A model generated the notes under the pieces. That model saw nothing but the letters and a program-made list of their open reading frames with translations. It was not told the DNA's origin and ran no database searches. Below are positions 50,142 through 59,654 of a stretch of DNA of 64,000 nucleotides, in pieces; the stretch's first letter is position 1, and every line of letters begins with the position of its first letter. The stretch spans positions 1 to 64,000 of the forward strand of contig JAHPZE010000021.1 of assembly GCA_019058365.1 (NCBI GenBank). Direction: 5' to 3'. This DNA is from Promethearchaeota archaeon. Lineage in GTDB: Archaea > Asgardarchaeota > Lokiarchaeia > Sigyniarchaeales > SOKP01. The translations under genes were made by a program, and so were the position numbers.

Positions 50142-51254
50142 TTAATATAACCCTTTTAATTTTTTATATATACTATAAAGTTTCTTAGCATGTGAATCCC
50201 AATTAAAATTGTTAAGTATAAATTTTCTATTAATTTTTCCTCCAATTTTAATTTCCTCTGGATTGTTAAGATAATAAATAATGGCATTATGTAATTGAGA
50301 TTTATTATTTTTTTCAATTAATATACTCCCAATATCCAATGCTAATTCTGGCATACCCCCAACTTTGGTTAAAATTACTGGTAACTCCATACTCATTGCT
50401 TCCAATACAGAAATAGGCAATCCCTCCGTTAGAGAAGGTAATATAAAAAGATCAGCTTTAAGTAAATAATCAAAAAGCATTTCATGATTAACCCATCCTT
50501 TTAAACTAATAAAATCCATTAATTCTAATTTTTTAATTAATTTAATAATTTGATTTTTTAGAGGACCTATACCAATTAAAGTTAGATGAAAATTAATATT
50601 ATTATCTTTCAATTCTTTACATGTTTCAACAATTAATTTGTGGCATTTTTCATAAGAAAATCTACCTATATTTAAAATATATAATTTATTATCCTTTGAG
50701 AAAAAATTTTTCCCTTTAGGATTAAATTTTTCAAAATCAACACCATCATATAATGTTACTACCTTATCTTTAGGAAATCTAAACCTTAAACAATCATCTC
50801 TCATTGCTTTACTTACTGTTAGAATTAAATTATTTAATTTACTTGCGATTATTAAATAAATTTTACTCTTTAAATTATTATATGGAAGAAAATTTATGTC
50901 AGTTCCTCGACCATGAAGAATTGATGGTATTCTAAAGATTTTACCAAATAAACCCATAAATATTGATGGGAAAACATAGACAGAATGCAGTATTGTAGGT
51001 TTAAATTTTGTAAAAATCTTAATCATGTTTTTAAAAAAGGCAAAACTTAATATTCTACTTTTCTTCTCAACCCAAATAACATTTTTATCATACCTAGTTA
51101 TTCTATTATGTTTGCAGGCAAAATTATAAACTAAAAATTCTACACTTGGAAAATTTTTAATTATAGATTTTATTTCTTCTGTATAATATGTTTCACTTTC
51201 TTTATATTTAAAAAAAGAGGCAAAGAATAAAACTCTCATTCGAAATTCAACCAT
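50142..51254 (-). CDS. Glycosyltransferase family 4
   Basis: HGRGTD, IGRF..EK, TEGLPISVLEAM, VGGMPE. Confidence 0.9.
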   Translation of the reverse strand: MVEFRMRVLFFASFFKYKESETYYTEEIKSIIKNFPSVEFLVYNFACKHNRITRYDKNVIWVEKKSRILSFAFFKNMIKIFTKFKPTILHSVYVFPSIFMGLFGKIFRIPSILHGRGTDINFLPYNNLKSKIYLIIASKLNNLILTVSKAMRDDCLRFRFPKDKVVTLYDGVDFEKFNPKGKNFFSKDNKLYILNIGRFSYEKCHKLIVETCKELKDNNINFHLTLIGIGPLKNQIIKLIKKLELMDFISLKGWVNHEMLFDYLLKADLFILPSLTEGLPISVLEAMSMELPVILTKVGGMPELALDIGSILIEKNNKSQLHNAIIYYLNNPEEIKIGGKINRKFILNNFNWDSHAKKLYSIYKKLKGLY

Positions 51255-51670
51255 TTAATCCCTTATCTATAAATTAAACATTTTTTTATTAGTTATAGCT
51301 AAAATGTAATTATTAATTAATTTATAATATTTTTACCATCATAATTAGTAAAGAAATTTAATTTTATCCCTTTTTTTTTAATTAATATTTTATACTCATT
51401 ATACAAAGAAAAAAGGCTTTCGAATATTAAAACATCAAGATATTTTGAAAATTGATTATAAATTACATCATACCACTCCCTTTCTAAAAAATTCTGCAGG
51501 GGTCTAAGAAAATAACATCTCTCTATACCAACATTCTTTTTTTTGTTCTAATTTTTAATTTTCCTAAAATAATTGAAATAGAAGGCGTTTTAAGTAGTAA
51601 GAGAAAAATTATTTTAATAATATCTTCTCAGCAAATAAAAGTATATAATCTGATTTGTTTATTATCTGCT

Positions 51671-52399
51671 TTAACGGTTTATTCCTAACAGTTTCTCTGT
51701 CTCTCTTAGATGTTCTTCTGAATTTATATTTGTGTATACGTCACATATATCAAATATTTTCACTAAATAGCCATCATCAACAGCACATTGGATCAAATCT
51801 GGAAGTTCTCTTTCCCCTCTTTCAGGGTGTATTGGCGTTCTTTCGATATAAGCTAATAATTTATTTTTAAATATACAATGTCCTGTTCCCTGCCAATTGT
51901 TTAGGGCTCTTTTAGGCTTTTCTATCAATCTGAAAACTCTATTATTTTCATCATTTAGTACGGTGTATGTTCTACTTATCTTCTCTTTGTCTTCTTGGGA
52001 TGTAACACCACACATTGCAAAAACATCTCCGTGGTTAAACTCCTCTAACATTTCTTGATGTCTACTGTTTACCAACACCTCGTCTCCTAACAACAAAAAG
52101 AAATCATCATTATTAAGAGCATTCTTAGAGCATTCAATAGCATGTACTAATCCTTTTTGTTCCCATTGAATTATATATCTTATCCTAATTCCTTTGTAGC
52201 TTGTTCCATATCTATTTATAATGTCTTCTGCTCTGTATCCAACAACAAGAATAATTTCATTTAAATCGAGTTCAGCGGCTCTATCAAGGTTATACTCTAA
52301 AACAGGTTTTCCTCCTAATTCAAGCATACATTTATTTAAAGATTCTGTTATAGAACCTAACCTTTCTCCTCTTCCTGCTGCTAATATCAAGGCTTTCAA
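51671..52399 (-). CDS. Sugar-1-phosphate nucleotidyltransferase (RmlA-like)
   Basis: LAAGRGERL, K, Q...GL..A, LGD, EKP, RGERELPD. Confidence 0.9.
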   Translation of the reverse strand: MKALILAAGRGERLGSITESLNKCMLELGGKPVLEYNLDRAAELDLNEIILVVGYRAEDIINRYGTSYKGIRIRYIIQWEQKGLVHAIECSKNALNNDDFFLLLGDEVLVNSRHQEMLEEFNHGDVFAMCGVTSQEDKEKISRTYTVLNDENNRVFRLIEKPKRALNNWQGTGHCIFKNKLLAYIERTPIHPERGERELPDLIQCAVDDGYLVKIFDICDVYTNINSEEHLRETEKLLGINR

Positions 52400-52401
52400 A
52401 A

Positions 52402-53445
52402 TTATCCGCCGAATATCTCTATATTATATTTCACCCAATTTATTAACTTAGTAACCCCAGTTTGATTAGAAACTTTAGGTTCCCATCCCAACTCGTTTTT
52501 TGCTTTTAATATGTCACAAACAAAATACCATAAATCTCCTAATCTTTGAGGTCCGTATGAAATGTTCTGTTCGATATCTGTTATTTCACTAATTATTTTT
52601 AAGCACTCTCCTAACGATATGATTGTTTTCACTCCTCCACCAATATTATAAATCCCTGGTTTTTTATTTTTATAGAAAGCATCAAATGCTTCAACAGCGT
52701 CAGAAACATAAAGAATATCTCTAACTTGTTTATCAGTACCAAAAATTTTTATAGGTAATCTAAGTAAGGTTCTTATTACAAAATTAGCTACCCACCCATG
52801 ATCTTCTCCTCCAAATTGGTTCGGTCCATACATCCCAGTTAAACGAAATGTTGCAGCTTCCAACCCATAAGTATCAATATAGGTTTGAACATAAATTTCA
52901 GCAGATCTTTTCGAAGCATGAAGTGGTGTCAAGTTTCCTTCCATAATAGGATAATTTTCATCAATTGATTGTGGTTCTCTTAAAAACCTAGTTTCTCCTT
53001 CTTTTATTGTCCTATTTATTTTGTTACCATATATATGGATACTGGAGCAATTAACTATAGGGATACTATAATTTCTAGCAGCTTCTAATACATTTAAAGT
53101 ACCAAGGACATTAGTGGTAAAATCTAATTCAATATCTTCAATACTGATTGTCATTGCTGGTTGTGCAGCGGTGTGAATTATATAATCACAATCTTTACTT
53201 AATTCAAACAGTTCTTGCTTATTCCTTATATCACCCTTAATTAAAGAAACACCCAATTCTTTTAAAAGGTTCCAATTATAATATCGCGCACCTTCTACGG
53301 CATATCCAGTCCTCCTCAATTCATATTTTGTCAAACTATCTATGGAAACAACCTCAGCTCCTTTCTTAATATAATACTCACATACATGAGATCCTAAAAA
53401 TCCACATCCTCCAGTTACTAGCACTTTCATATTATTTTCCTTCAT
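52402..53445 (-). CDS. NAD-dependent epimerase/dehydratase, CDP-paratose 2-epimerase (RfbE)-like, atypical active site
   Basis: TGGCGFLG, HTAAQPA, YGPNQFGGEDHGWV, KQVRDIL, NIGGG, R.GD; LHASK stands in place of YxxxK. Confidence 0.85.
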   Translation of the reverse strand: MKENNMKVLVTGGCGFLGSHVCEYYIKKGAEVVSIDSLTKYELRRTGYAVEGARYYNWNLLKELGVSLIKGDIRNKQELFELSKDCDYIIHTAAQPAMTISIEDIELDFTTNVLGTLNVLEAARNYSIPIVNCSSIHIYGNKINRTIKEGETRFLREPQSIDENYPIMEGNLTPLHASKRSAEIYVQTYIDTYGLEAATFRLTGMYGPNQFGGEDHGWVANFVIRTLLRLPIKIFGTDKQVRDILYVSDAVEAFDAFYKNKKPGIYNIGGGVKTIISLGECLKIISEITDIEQNISYGPQRLGDLWYFVCDILKAKNELGWEPKVSNQTGVTKLINWVKYNIEIFGG

Positions 53446-54550
53446 TCATTGCTTTATAAAAAAATTTAATCATACTTTCACAGAATTTCTCCCAACTTAA
53501 ATTATTTTTTACCCATGTTTGTCCTCTTTTTGCCATTTTATAATATTTATTGGGGTATTTAAAAATATCATAGATGGCTTCATCATAGTTTTTTGTAACA
53601 ATCCCAATACTTTCCCCCTCTATAATGCTGGATGCGGTCATTTCTTTAGAAACAATTACAGGTTTATTTGCACATAATGCCTCAAAAACAGATAACCATC
53701 CTCCTTGGGACTTAATTGGATGTAATAAAACATGACAAGTATGGTAAAGGTCTCTTACATGAATCTGATCTAAATGCCCTGTAAAAAGTACAATATTATC
53801 CAAATTTCTTTTTTTTATATATTTCTCTAAGATCGATTTATAGATAGGTTCTTCAAATCCAGTTAAAATTAATTTTATATTGGGAATCTTATTTTTTAGC
53901 TTCTCTATTGCTTTTATGCTTTCAATCTGATTTTTAAATGGTGTTATCATGCCAACATGTAATACGATAAAATTTTTAAATAGATCATACTTTTCTAAAG
54001 CTTTTTTTCTATCTCCATTTGAAAAAAAGTCGTAATCTATTCCATAATAAATAATTTCGGGCTTGGAATGATATATTCTCTCAAATCTTTTTGCATTAAA
54101 TTCGTCAGCCACAACAGTATATTTTATAAAGTATTTAGACACAAATTTCTCCAAAAATAATAATGACTTATTTTTTAAATATGAAAGTATTGATTTTCTA
54201 AGTTTCTGAATTAAATATAATACAGGTTCATTGCACATCCAAACTACAGGTCTACAATAAGGAAAAACTGAAAGCTCCGCTGGATAATTATGTGGATTTA
54301 ATACATGAAAATCTTTAATATTGTCGCGAACTCCTTTATGTAAAGCAATAAATTCTCCAAAAAGATTCTTAGAACTTGTTCGAATAATTATTTCCGTATT
54401 ATCTAAATCTTTTGCCATCTCAGGTAACATGGATGTTGTTAATATAGCATTTTCAATTCCTTTTTTTGTCATATAATTTGCGAGTCTTACTATTAATAAC
54501 TCAGCTCCGCCATATACATATACCCCATGATGAATAATTAAAACCCTCAT
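53432..54550 (-). CDS. Glycosyltransferase family 4
   Basis: YGGAE, KNQ, WLSVFEAL...KPVI; overlaps the start of the downstream epimerase ORF. Confidence 0.87.
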   Translation of the reverse strand: MRVLIIHHGVYVYGGAELLIVRLANYMTKKGIENAILTTSMLPEMAKDLDNTEIIIRTSSKNLFGEFIALHKGVRDNIKDFHVLNPHNYPAELSVFPYCRPVVWMCNEPVLYLIQKLRKSILSYLKNKSLLFLEKFVSKYFIKYTVVADEFNAKRFERIYHSKPEIIYYGIDYDFFSNGDRKKALEKYDLFKNFIVLHVGMITPFKNQIESIKAIEKLKNKIPNIKLILTGFEEPIYKSILEKYIKKRNLDNIVLFTGHLDQIHVRDLYHTCHVLLHPIKSQGGWLSVFEALCANKPVIVSKEMTASSIIEGESIGIVTKNYDEAIYDIFKYPNKYYKMAKRGQTWVKNNLSWEKFCESMIKFFYKAMNEGK

Positions 54551-54582
54551 AGTTCATCTTATCTTTCTTAAGAGATTATTTA

Positions 54583-54678
54583 TTACAAAATATTATCAAT
54601 ATCTTCACGATTACGATCAAATTTGGCAACAAGTAAACCGATAAATCCAGCTCCTCCTGTTATTAAAACTTTTGTCAT
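54583..54678 (-). pseudogene. 31-codon remnant of an NAD-dependent epimerase N-terminus
   Basis: MTKVLITGGAGFIGLLVAKFDRNREDIDNIL*: an intact Rossmann motif followed by a stop. Confidence 0.8.
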
Positions 54679-54876
54679 CAAAATCACAATTCAATAATTT
54701 AAATTAATATAAGATCGATACTAACATAAATAAATTTTTTTAATCTCTTTTTAATACTTGAATTTCCCTATTATAGTTGAATTTAGTTAAGAAAAATCAA
54801 ACATTTTTTATATCAATTCTTAAAGAAACAAATACTTTTAGCCATTTATTAAATATCCTCTACTAACTTTAGATTA

Positions 54877-56118
54877 TCAAGAATTAGAATCATTCATTGA
54901 ATTAGTTAATTTTCGATATTTTAATTCTAAATTTTTTAAGGTTTCTTTCCAATTATAGTCTTTCTTTAGCAAATTTTCAATATTATGTTTGAATTGTTCA
55001 ATTTTATTGGGATTATTCTTTAATTTAATAATTTTACTTATCATTTTCATTATAAAATTTTTATTTCTTTCGTCTATTATATATCCATGAATCTTGTTTC
55101 TAAACTCTAAACCTAAAATCGCCTTTTTTGTAGTTATCATAGGAATCCTGGCTGATAAATAATCAATCATTTTGATTCTTACGCCAGAACCTTTAAAGAT
55201 TGGAACTAGTGCAATATCAGCAGAATATAAAAATTCATTTAAATTTTCAATAAAACCTAAAAATCGCAAATTATGTCTCTCTTCAAATTGGGGTAATCTT
55301 CCAGCAATTAAAAATAAGATCTCATCATCTTTAATCTTAGGAACAATAATATCTTTTATAAAGTGAATTGCTTCTCTATTGGGAATATTATTATAATATG
55401 AACCATGGAAAATAACTATAAATTTATCTCTACTGATATTTAAATTATTTCTAGCTTTCTTTTTATCTAATCTATTTTTAAAAATCTGTATTTTATAACC
55501 CATTTTATTGATTAAGATTTTATTTTCTGGGATGTTATAAATTTCAATAAATTTTTCTTTATCATCCCTACTTATTGCATTGATATTTTCTACATTTTTC
55601 ACAACTCTTTTCTCAAGAAAATAAATATATTTTATATAAAAATTTCTTAAAAATTTTGGAATTTTATGATATTGAGTAGCCACTTCTTGGCAAAAAATCG
55701 ATTCAACATTGTAGGCATTATATGATATTGGAATTTTTGTAATTAATTTCAGTATATTTACTCCAAAAGGGTAATCAAAATGAATTAAATCTATTTTATA
55801 TTTTTTTAAAATTTTTATTACTTTTGTAATAAAGAATGGATTAAAATCTAAAAAATTGCTAAGATTATTTCCAAAAACGCTAAGTATTCTATAATAATGA
55901 CAGATTATTTTTTTTTTTAACTCAATATTTTCTTTTTTCTTATCTTTGAGCGGTTGTAATACAATTACGTTAAAATCGCTGAGGTCATAGAAGTAAATTA
56001 AATTTTTATACATTCTATAAAATGAAGGAGTATTGTCAACAAAATAATTATCAAAATTTGATATAAACAAGATATTTATTTTCTTTCTATTTTTACTATT
56101 ATCCAAATTCTTATTCAT
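54877..56118 (-). CDS. Glycosyltransferase family 4
   Basis: YNVES, PNREA, ADIALVPI..GSGVRIKMIDY. Confidence 0.87.
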   Translation of the reverse strand: MNKNLDNSKNRKKINILFISNFDNYFVDNTPSFYRMYKNLIYFYDLSDFNVIVLQPLKDKKKENIELKKKIICHYYRILSVFGNNLSNFLDFNPFFITKVIKILKKYKIDLIHFDYPFGVNILKLITKIPISYNAYNVESIFCQEVATQYHKIPKFLRNFYIKYIYFLEKRVVKNVENINAISRDDKEKFIEIYNIPENKILINKMGYKIQIFKNRLDKKKARNNLNISRDKFIVIFHGSYYNNIPNREAIHFIKDIIVPKIKDDEILFLIAGRLPQFEERHNLRFLGFIENLNEFLYSADIALVPIFKGSGVRIKMIDYLSARIPMITTKKAILGLEFRNKIHGYIIDERNKNFIMKMISKIIKLKNNPNKIEQFKHNIENLLKKDYNWKETLKNLELKYRKLTNSMNDSNS

Positions 56119-56211
56119 AGAAAATCAATAACATTTTTTTGTAGAATTGATATATAGAAAATTAAAATAATGCAAATTCAATTTTACTTATCAACAACAT
56201 TAAGAATATAT

Positions 56212-57396
56212 TTATTTTTGAGATATTTTATTGAAAATATTTTCAAGAATTTTGAAACTTTTCTCGAAAGAAAAATTTTCTTTTACATGGATTCTTGCAT
56301 TTTTAGAAAAATATTCATGAAGTTTTTTATCATAAATGAGTTTTAGAGCATTTTTAGCAAAAGAATTAATATCATCTTTCTTAATAATAAATCCAGTTTT
56401 ATTATCAATAATAGTCTCTGAAGGACCTCCTTCAAATGCTATTACAGGAGTTCCATTTTTCATAGATTCTAAGGGAATTAATCCATATGCTTCATCTTTA
56501 GCAGTATAGAGCGTGAGAGTAGCTTGTTTATAACAGAAATCTAACAGATCTTGTTTAATAAAACCTGAAAAAATAATTTTATTGTGTTCAATTTGGAATT
56601 TCTTAATCAATTTTTCAATTTTGATTTTATTGACTTTTCTTATACTCCCTCCAATTACTAGAATTGCATTGGGAACATTCTTTAAAATTTTATTAAAAAT
56701 AATAATTAATTCTTCAGCTCCCTTCATGTAATGAGTAAGTCCTAAATTTAAAAGAAGTGCATTATCTTTTTTAAGAAAATCCAATTTTTCTAAAAATTTT
56801 GAATTATTCGAATTCAATAAATTATTATCGATTCTTGTACCAATATAATGTAAATAACTATCTCTATTGTATATTCTCTTTATTTTATTCATAGTAAATT
56901 TACTTATACTGATAATCTCATCTGCATCTTGACTTCCTTTAATATCATATTTTTTAAATAATATTCTGAGAAAAAAACTCATTATTTCGTAATAAAAAGA
57001 TGAACTAGAATAATAATTTTTATCATGTAGAAATCTGAATGGCTCAAAACAGTAATAAATATGTTTTTTATTTGGATGATTCTTTAATTCACTGCAAAAA
57101 TAATTTGCTGGAAATTGTAATGAAATCAATAGATCGTAATCAATTTTTCTTAATATTTTTAAATAGTTCTCTTTTATTTTTTTAAATTTCACCCAAAATA
57201 AAGGATTTTTTGGCAAAAGGTCTCCTAATTCAATAATAATAATTTTTTTATCAAGAAAATAATTATTTTTATCGATTTTTTGAGCAATTATAGTAACTAA
57301 ATGACCTACTTCTGAGAATTTGTTAGCATAATCCATTAAAAACTTTCCAGCACCATTAAATACAGATAAATGAGTTGTAACGAATGTAAGATTCAT
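56212..57396 (-). CDS. Glycosyltransferase family 4
   Basis: NGAG, IS.FT, KG, EAYGLIPLESM..GTPVI, GGPSETI. Confidence 0.88.
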   Translation of the reverse strand: MNLTFVTTHLSVFNGAGKFLMDYANKFSEVGHLVTIIAQKIDKNNYFLDKKIIIIELGDLLPKNPLFWVKFKKIKENYLKILRKIDYDLLISLQFPANYFCSELKNHPNKKHIYYCFEPFRFLHDKNYYSSSSFYYEIMSFFLRILFKKYDIKGSQDADEIISISKFTMNKIKRIYNRDSYLHYIGTRIDNNLLNSNNSKFLEKLDFLKKDNALLLNLGLTHYMKGAEELIIIFNKILKNVPNAILVIGGSIRKVNKIKIEKLIKKFQIEHNKIIFSGFIKQDLLDFCYKQATLTLYTAKDEAYGLIPLESMKNGTPVIAFEGGPSETIIDNKTGFIIKKDDINSFAKNALKLIYDKKLHEYFSKNARIHVKENFSFEKSFKILENIFNKISQK

Positions 57397-57862
57397 TTAT
57401 TCTCATCAATTCATATTATTTATAATTTTTAACAGTCACTTAGAATAATTTCTATTAAATAGTAAAGTAACTCTCTGGTAAAAAAATTTTCTTTTTAGGA
57501 AAGTCACCAATTTAAAGGATTTATATCTTATTTGACATCAAAAGCTTAGGATATCCGTAGTACCTTACTCTATAAAAATTCACGAGAGAAATAAATTAAT
57601 ATATGTAATATTAAACTATTTAATACTATTATTTTAATCTGATTTGAGTATATTTTCATTTAATATTTTGAAAATCTTAGATTAATTGAAGATTTACTTA
57701 TTTATTGAAAAAAAACTAATTTTTTTTAATTATAACAATTTTTAAATAATCTAATAATTTTTAATAATCGTTAAAGCAAATTATGATTCTCCTACTCAAT
57801 ATAAGGCTTTTTAAGTAATAATTTAAACAAATATTTATTTAAAAATGATTTTTTTTTATAAT

Positions 57863-58885
57863 TTAATGGTGGTAAAAATAAAACAGCATTTTAGCAAAAT
57901 AATTTAAAATTTTGAATTTTAAAGAATTTAAATTAGTTTCATTAAATATTCCATCCATTTCATAATACCTATCGAATAAATCATTTTCATTTTTTTTATT
58001 TTTAATAATTTTGAAATAGTTTTGGAAAAAAAATTTATAAATCTTATACCTTTCTCTAAAAAAATCTTTACTTATTGAAAAAATAATATGAATAGGCTCA
58101 AATAATAAATGCGATAATAACATTTTTTTTTTTTTTTTAGAATGCTCCAGACATAATAATATCCTATTACGTTCATGATAATAATATTTAAATTTATTTA
58201 ACTTATATTCCTCATCTGACCTTAAATGGTAAAGATGAATTGAATTATCTACATATTGTTTTATTCCAAATTTCATGGCTCTTATAGAAAAATCAATATC
58301 TTCTTTATACATAAAATATGATTCATCAAATCCATTAAGTTTTTCGTAGTATTTCTTCTTTATAATAAAACAACACCCTGAACTTATCATAGTTCTTCGA
58401 ATTTTGTTAGTTTTTGAAATGTCAATATTTCCAAAGCCAAGAAAATTAATTTTTCTTCTTGAATATTCAATAATTCCATTATAATTACAGATTCTTGGAC
58501 CGACAATAATTTTATCTGTATTATTTTTTTTTTTAAGAAAAAAAAATGAATTTATCATTTTCTTTAGAAAATTTGGAGTTGTTTCGACATCAGGATTTGA
58601 TATTAGGATAAATTCAGACTTTGTTTTATTAACTCCTATGTTATTACCCTTTGCATACCCTGGATCTCCAAAATATTCGAATATTTTTATTTTTTCTCTT
58701 TTAATGTTATTACTTTTAAGTAATGTGGAAATGTCATTAAATTCTTTTTTACCCCAAAGAATCAAAATTATTTCATAGTTTTCATAATCTTGATTTGTGT
58801 ATGACTTCATGCATCTAATGAATTTTTCTTCAGGATAATAATATTCTACAATTATGATAGATATAAAAGGTTCTTTTTCAGTCAA
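57863..58885 (-). CDS. Glycosyltransferase family 2 (rhamnosyltransferase/WbbL-like)
   Basis: GYAKGNN, NPD, SGCC, GFDESYFMYKEDIDFS.R, RNR. Confidence 0.88.
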   Translation of the reverse strand: MTEKEPFISIIIVEYYYPEEKFIRCMKSYTNQDYENYEIILILWGKKEFNDISTLLKSNNIKREKIKIFEYFGDPGYAKGNNIGVNKTKSEFILISNPDVETTPNFLKKMINSFFFLKKKNNTDKIIVGPRICNYNGIIEYSRRKINFLGFGNIDISKTNKIRRTMISSGCCFIIKKKYYEKLNGFDESYFMYKEDIDFSIRAMKFGIKQYVDNSIHLYHLRSDEEYKLNKFKYYYHERNRILLCLEHSKKKKKMLLSHLLFEPIHIIFSISKDFFRERYKIYKFFFQNYFKIIKNKKNENDLFDRYYEMDGIFNETNLNSLKFKILNYFAKMLFYFYHH

Positions 58886-59654
58886 TTTAATTTTTCAATG
58901 ATAATATTTTACTTAGATATTAATTTTAATTCTAAAATAGTAAAAAAATCTTTTAAATCTCTAAATATTTTCAATATTTCTCTTTCTTATGTATTTAATA
59001 TATATACTTACTATTAATTCCCTTTTAAATCTTAATTTAAAGCATTTATTTCATTATCCTTTCTAGATTATACAGATGACTTTAATATTTTTGCAATGCA
59101 ATGTAGCAAATAATTTTACAAATTGATAATAAAATTAAATATCAAATAATTAAATTAATTTTATTTCTCTTTCCATATAAAAACTATTATTTATATTTAT
59201 TTAAAGCTAAAATTGAGGCTGTTAAATCGTAATCACTATTTAATTTTTAAAGTCTATTATTTTATTTTTAATTTTAATAGAATGACAATAATTAAAAAAA
59301 TTGTACTCTAATAATTTTCTGAGAATTATTTAACATCTCTAACTCTTACTTTAGTAACTATAACCCCAGCACTTCAGTGGTCATATACTTTTAGAGAAAA
59401 CTCAGTAAATATAAATAAATATTTTCTTTTTATATTTTAGAGTCCTATTTTCAAATATTTTTAAATAATATTTTATGAATTTCAAAAACTAAAAGAAACT
59501 TAACTTCTCTTAATATAAATTTAATAAATAAGATAGAAGAAAATACAAAAAAAAAATTTAAACAATTATGAAAAAATTATTAAAAACCATTAATTTTTAA
59601 CTTCAATTTAGTAAGTTAACAATTTTTTAATATAATAAGATAAAACTGTTAAAG

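Noticed and set aside
51300-51660. Possible gene remnant on the minus strand (PLQNFLEREWYDV...)
   Set aside because: The reading frame is broken and no family is recognisable; TBLASTX would be needed.
52402-52413. C-terminal Gly-Gly (IEIFGG) as a possible ubiquitin-like tail
   Set aside because: It ends an SDR enzyme rather than a beta-grasp domain, and the GGCGGA probably serves as the RBS of the next gene.
810-55366. Remaining short (60-115 aa) ORFs overlapping annotated genes
   Set aside because: They are nested in, or antisense to, well-supported CDSs and have no independent motifs.
57400-59650. Long AT-rich spacers flanking the GT2 gene as a possible origin, CRISPR array or ncRNA
   Set aside because: No regular repeats, ORB-like boxes or stable stems were seen.
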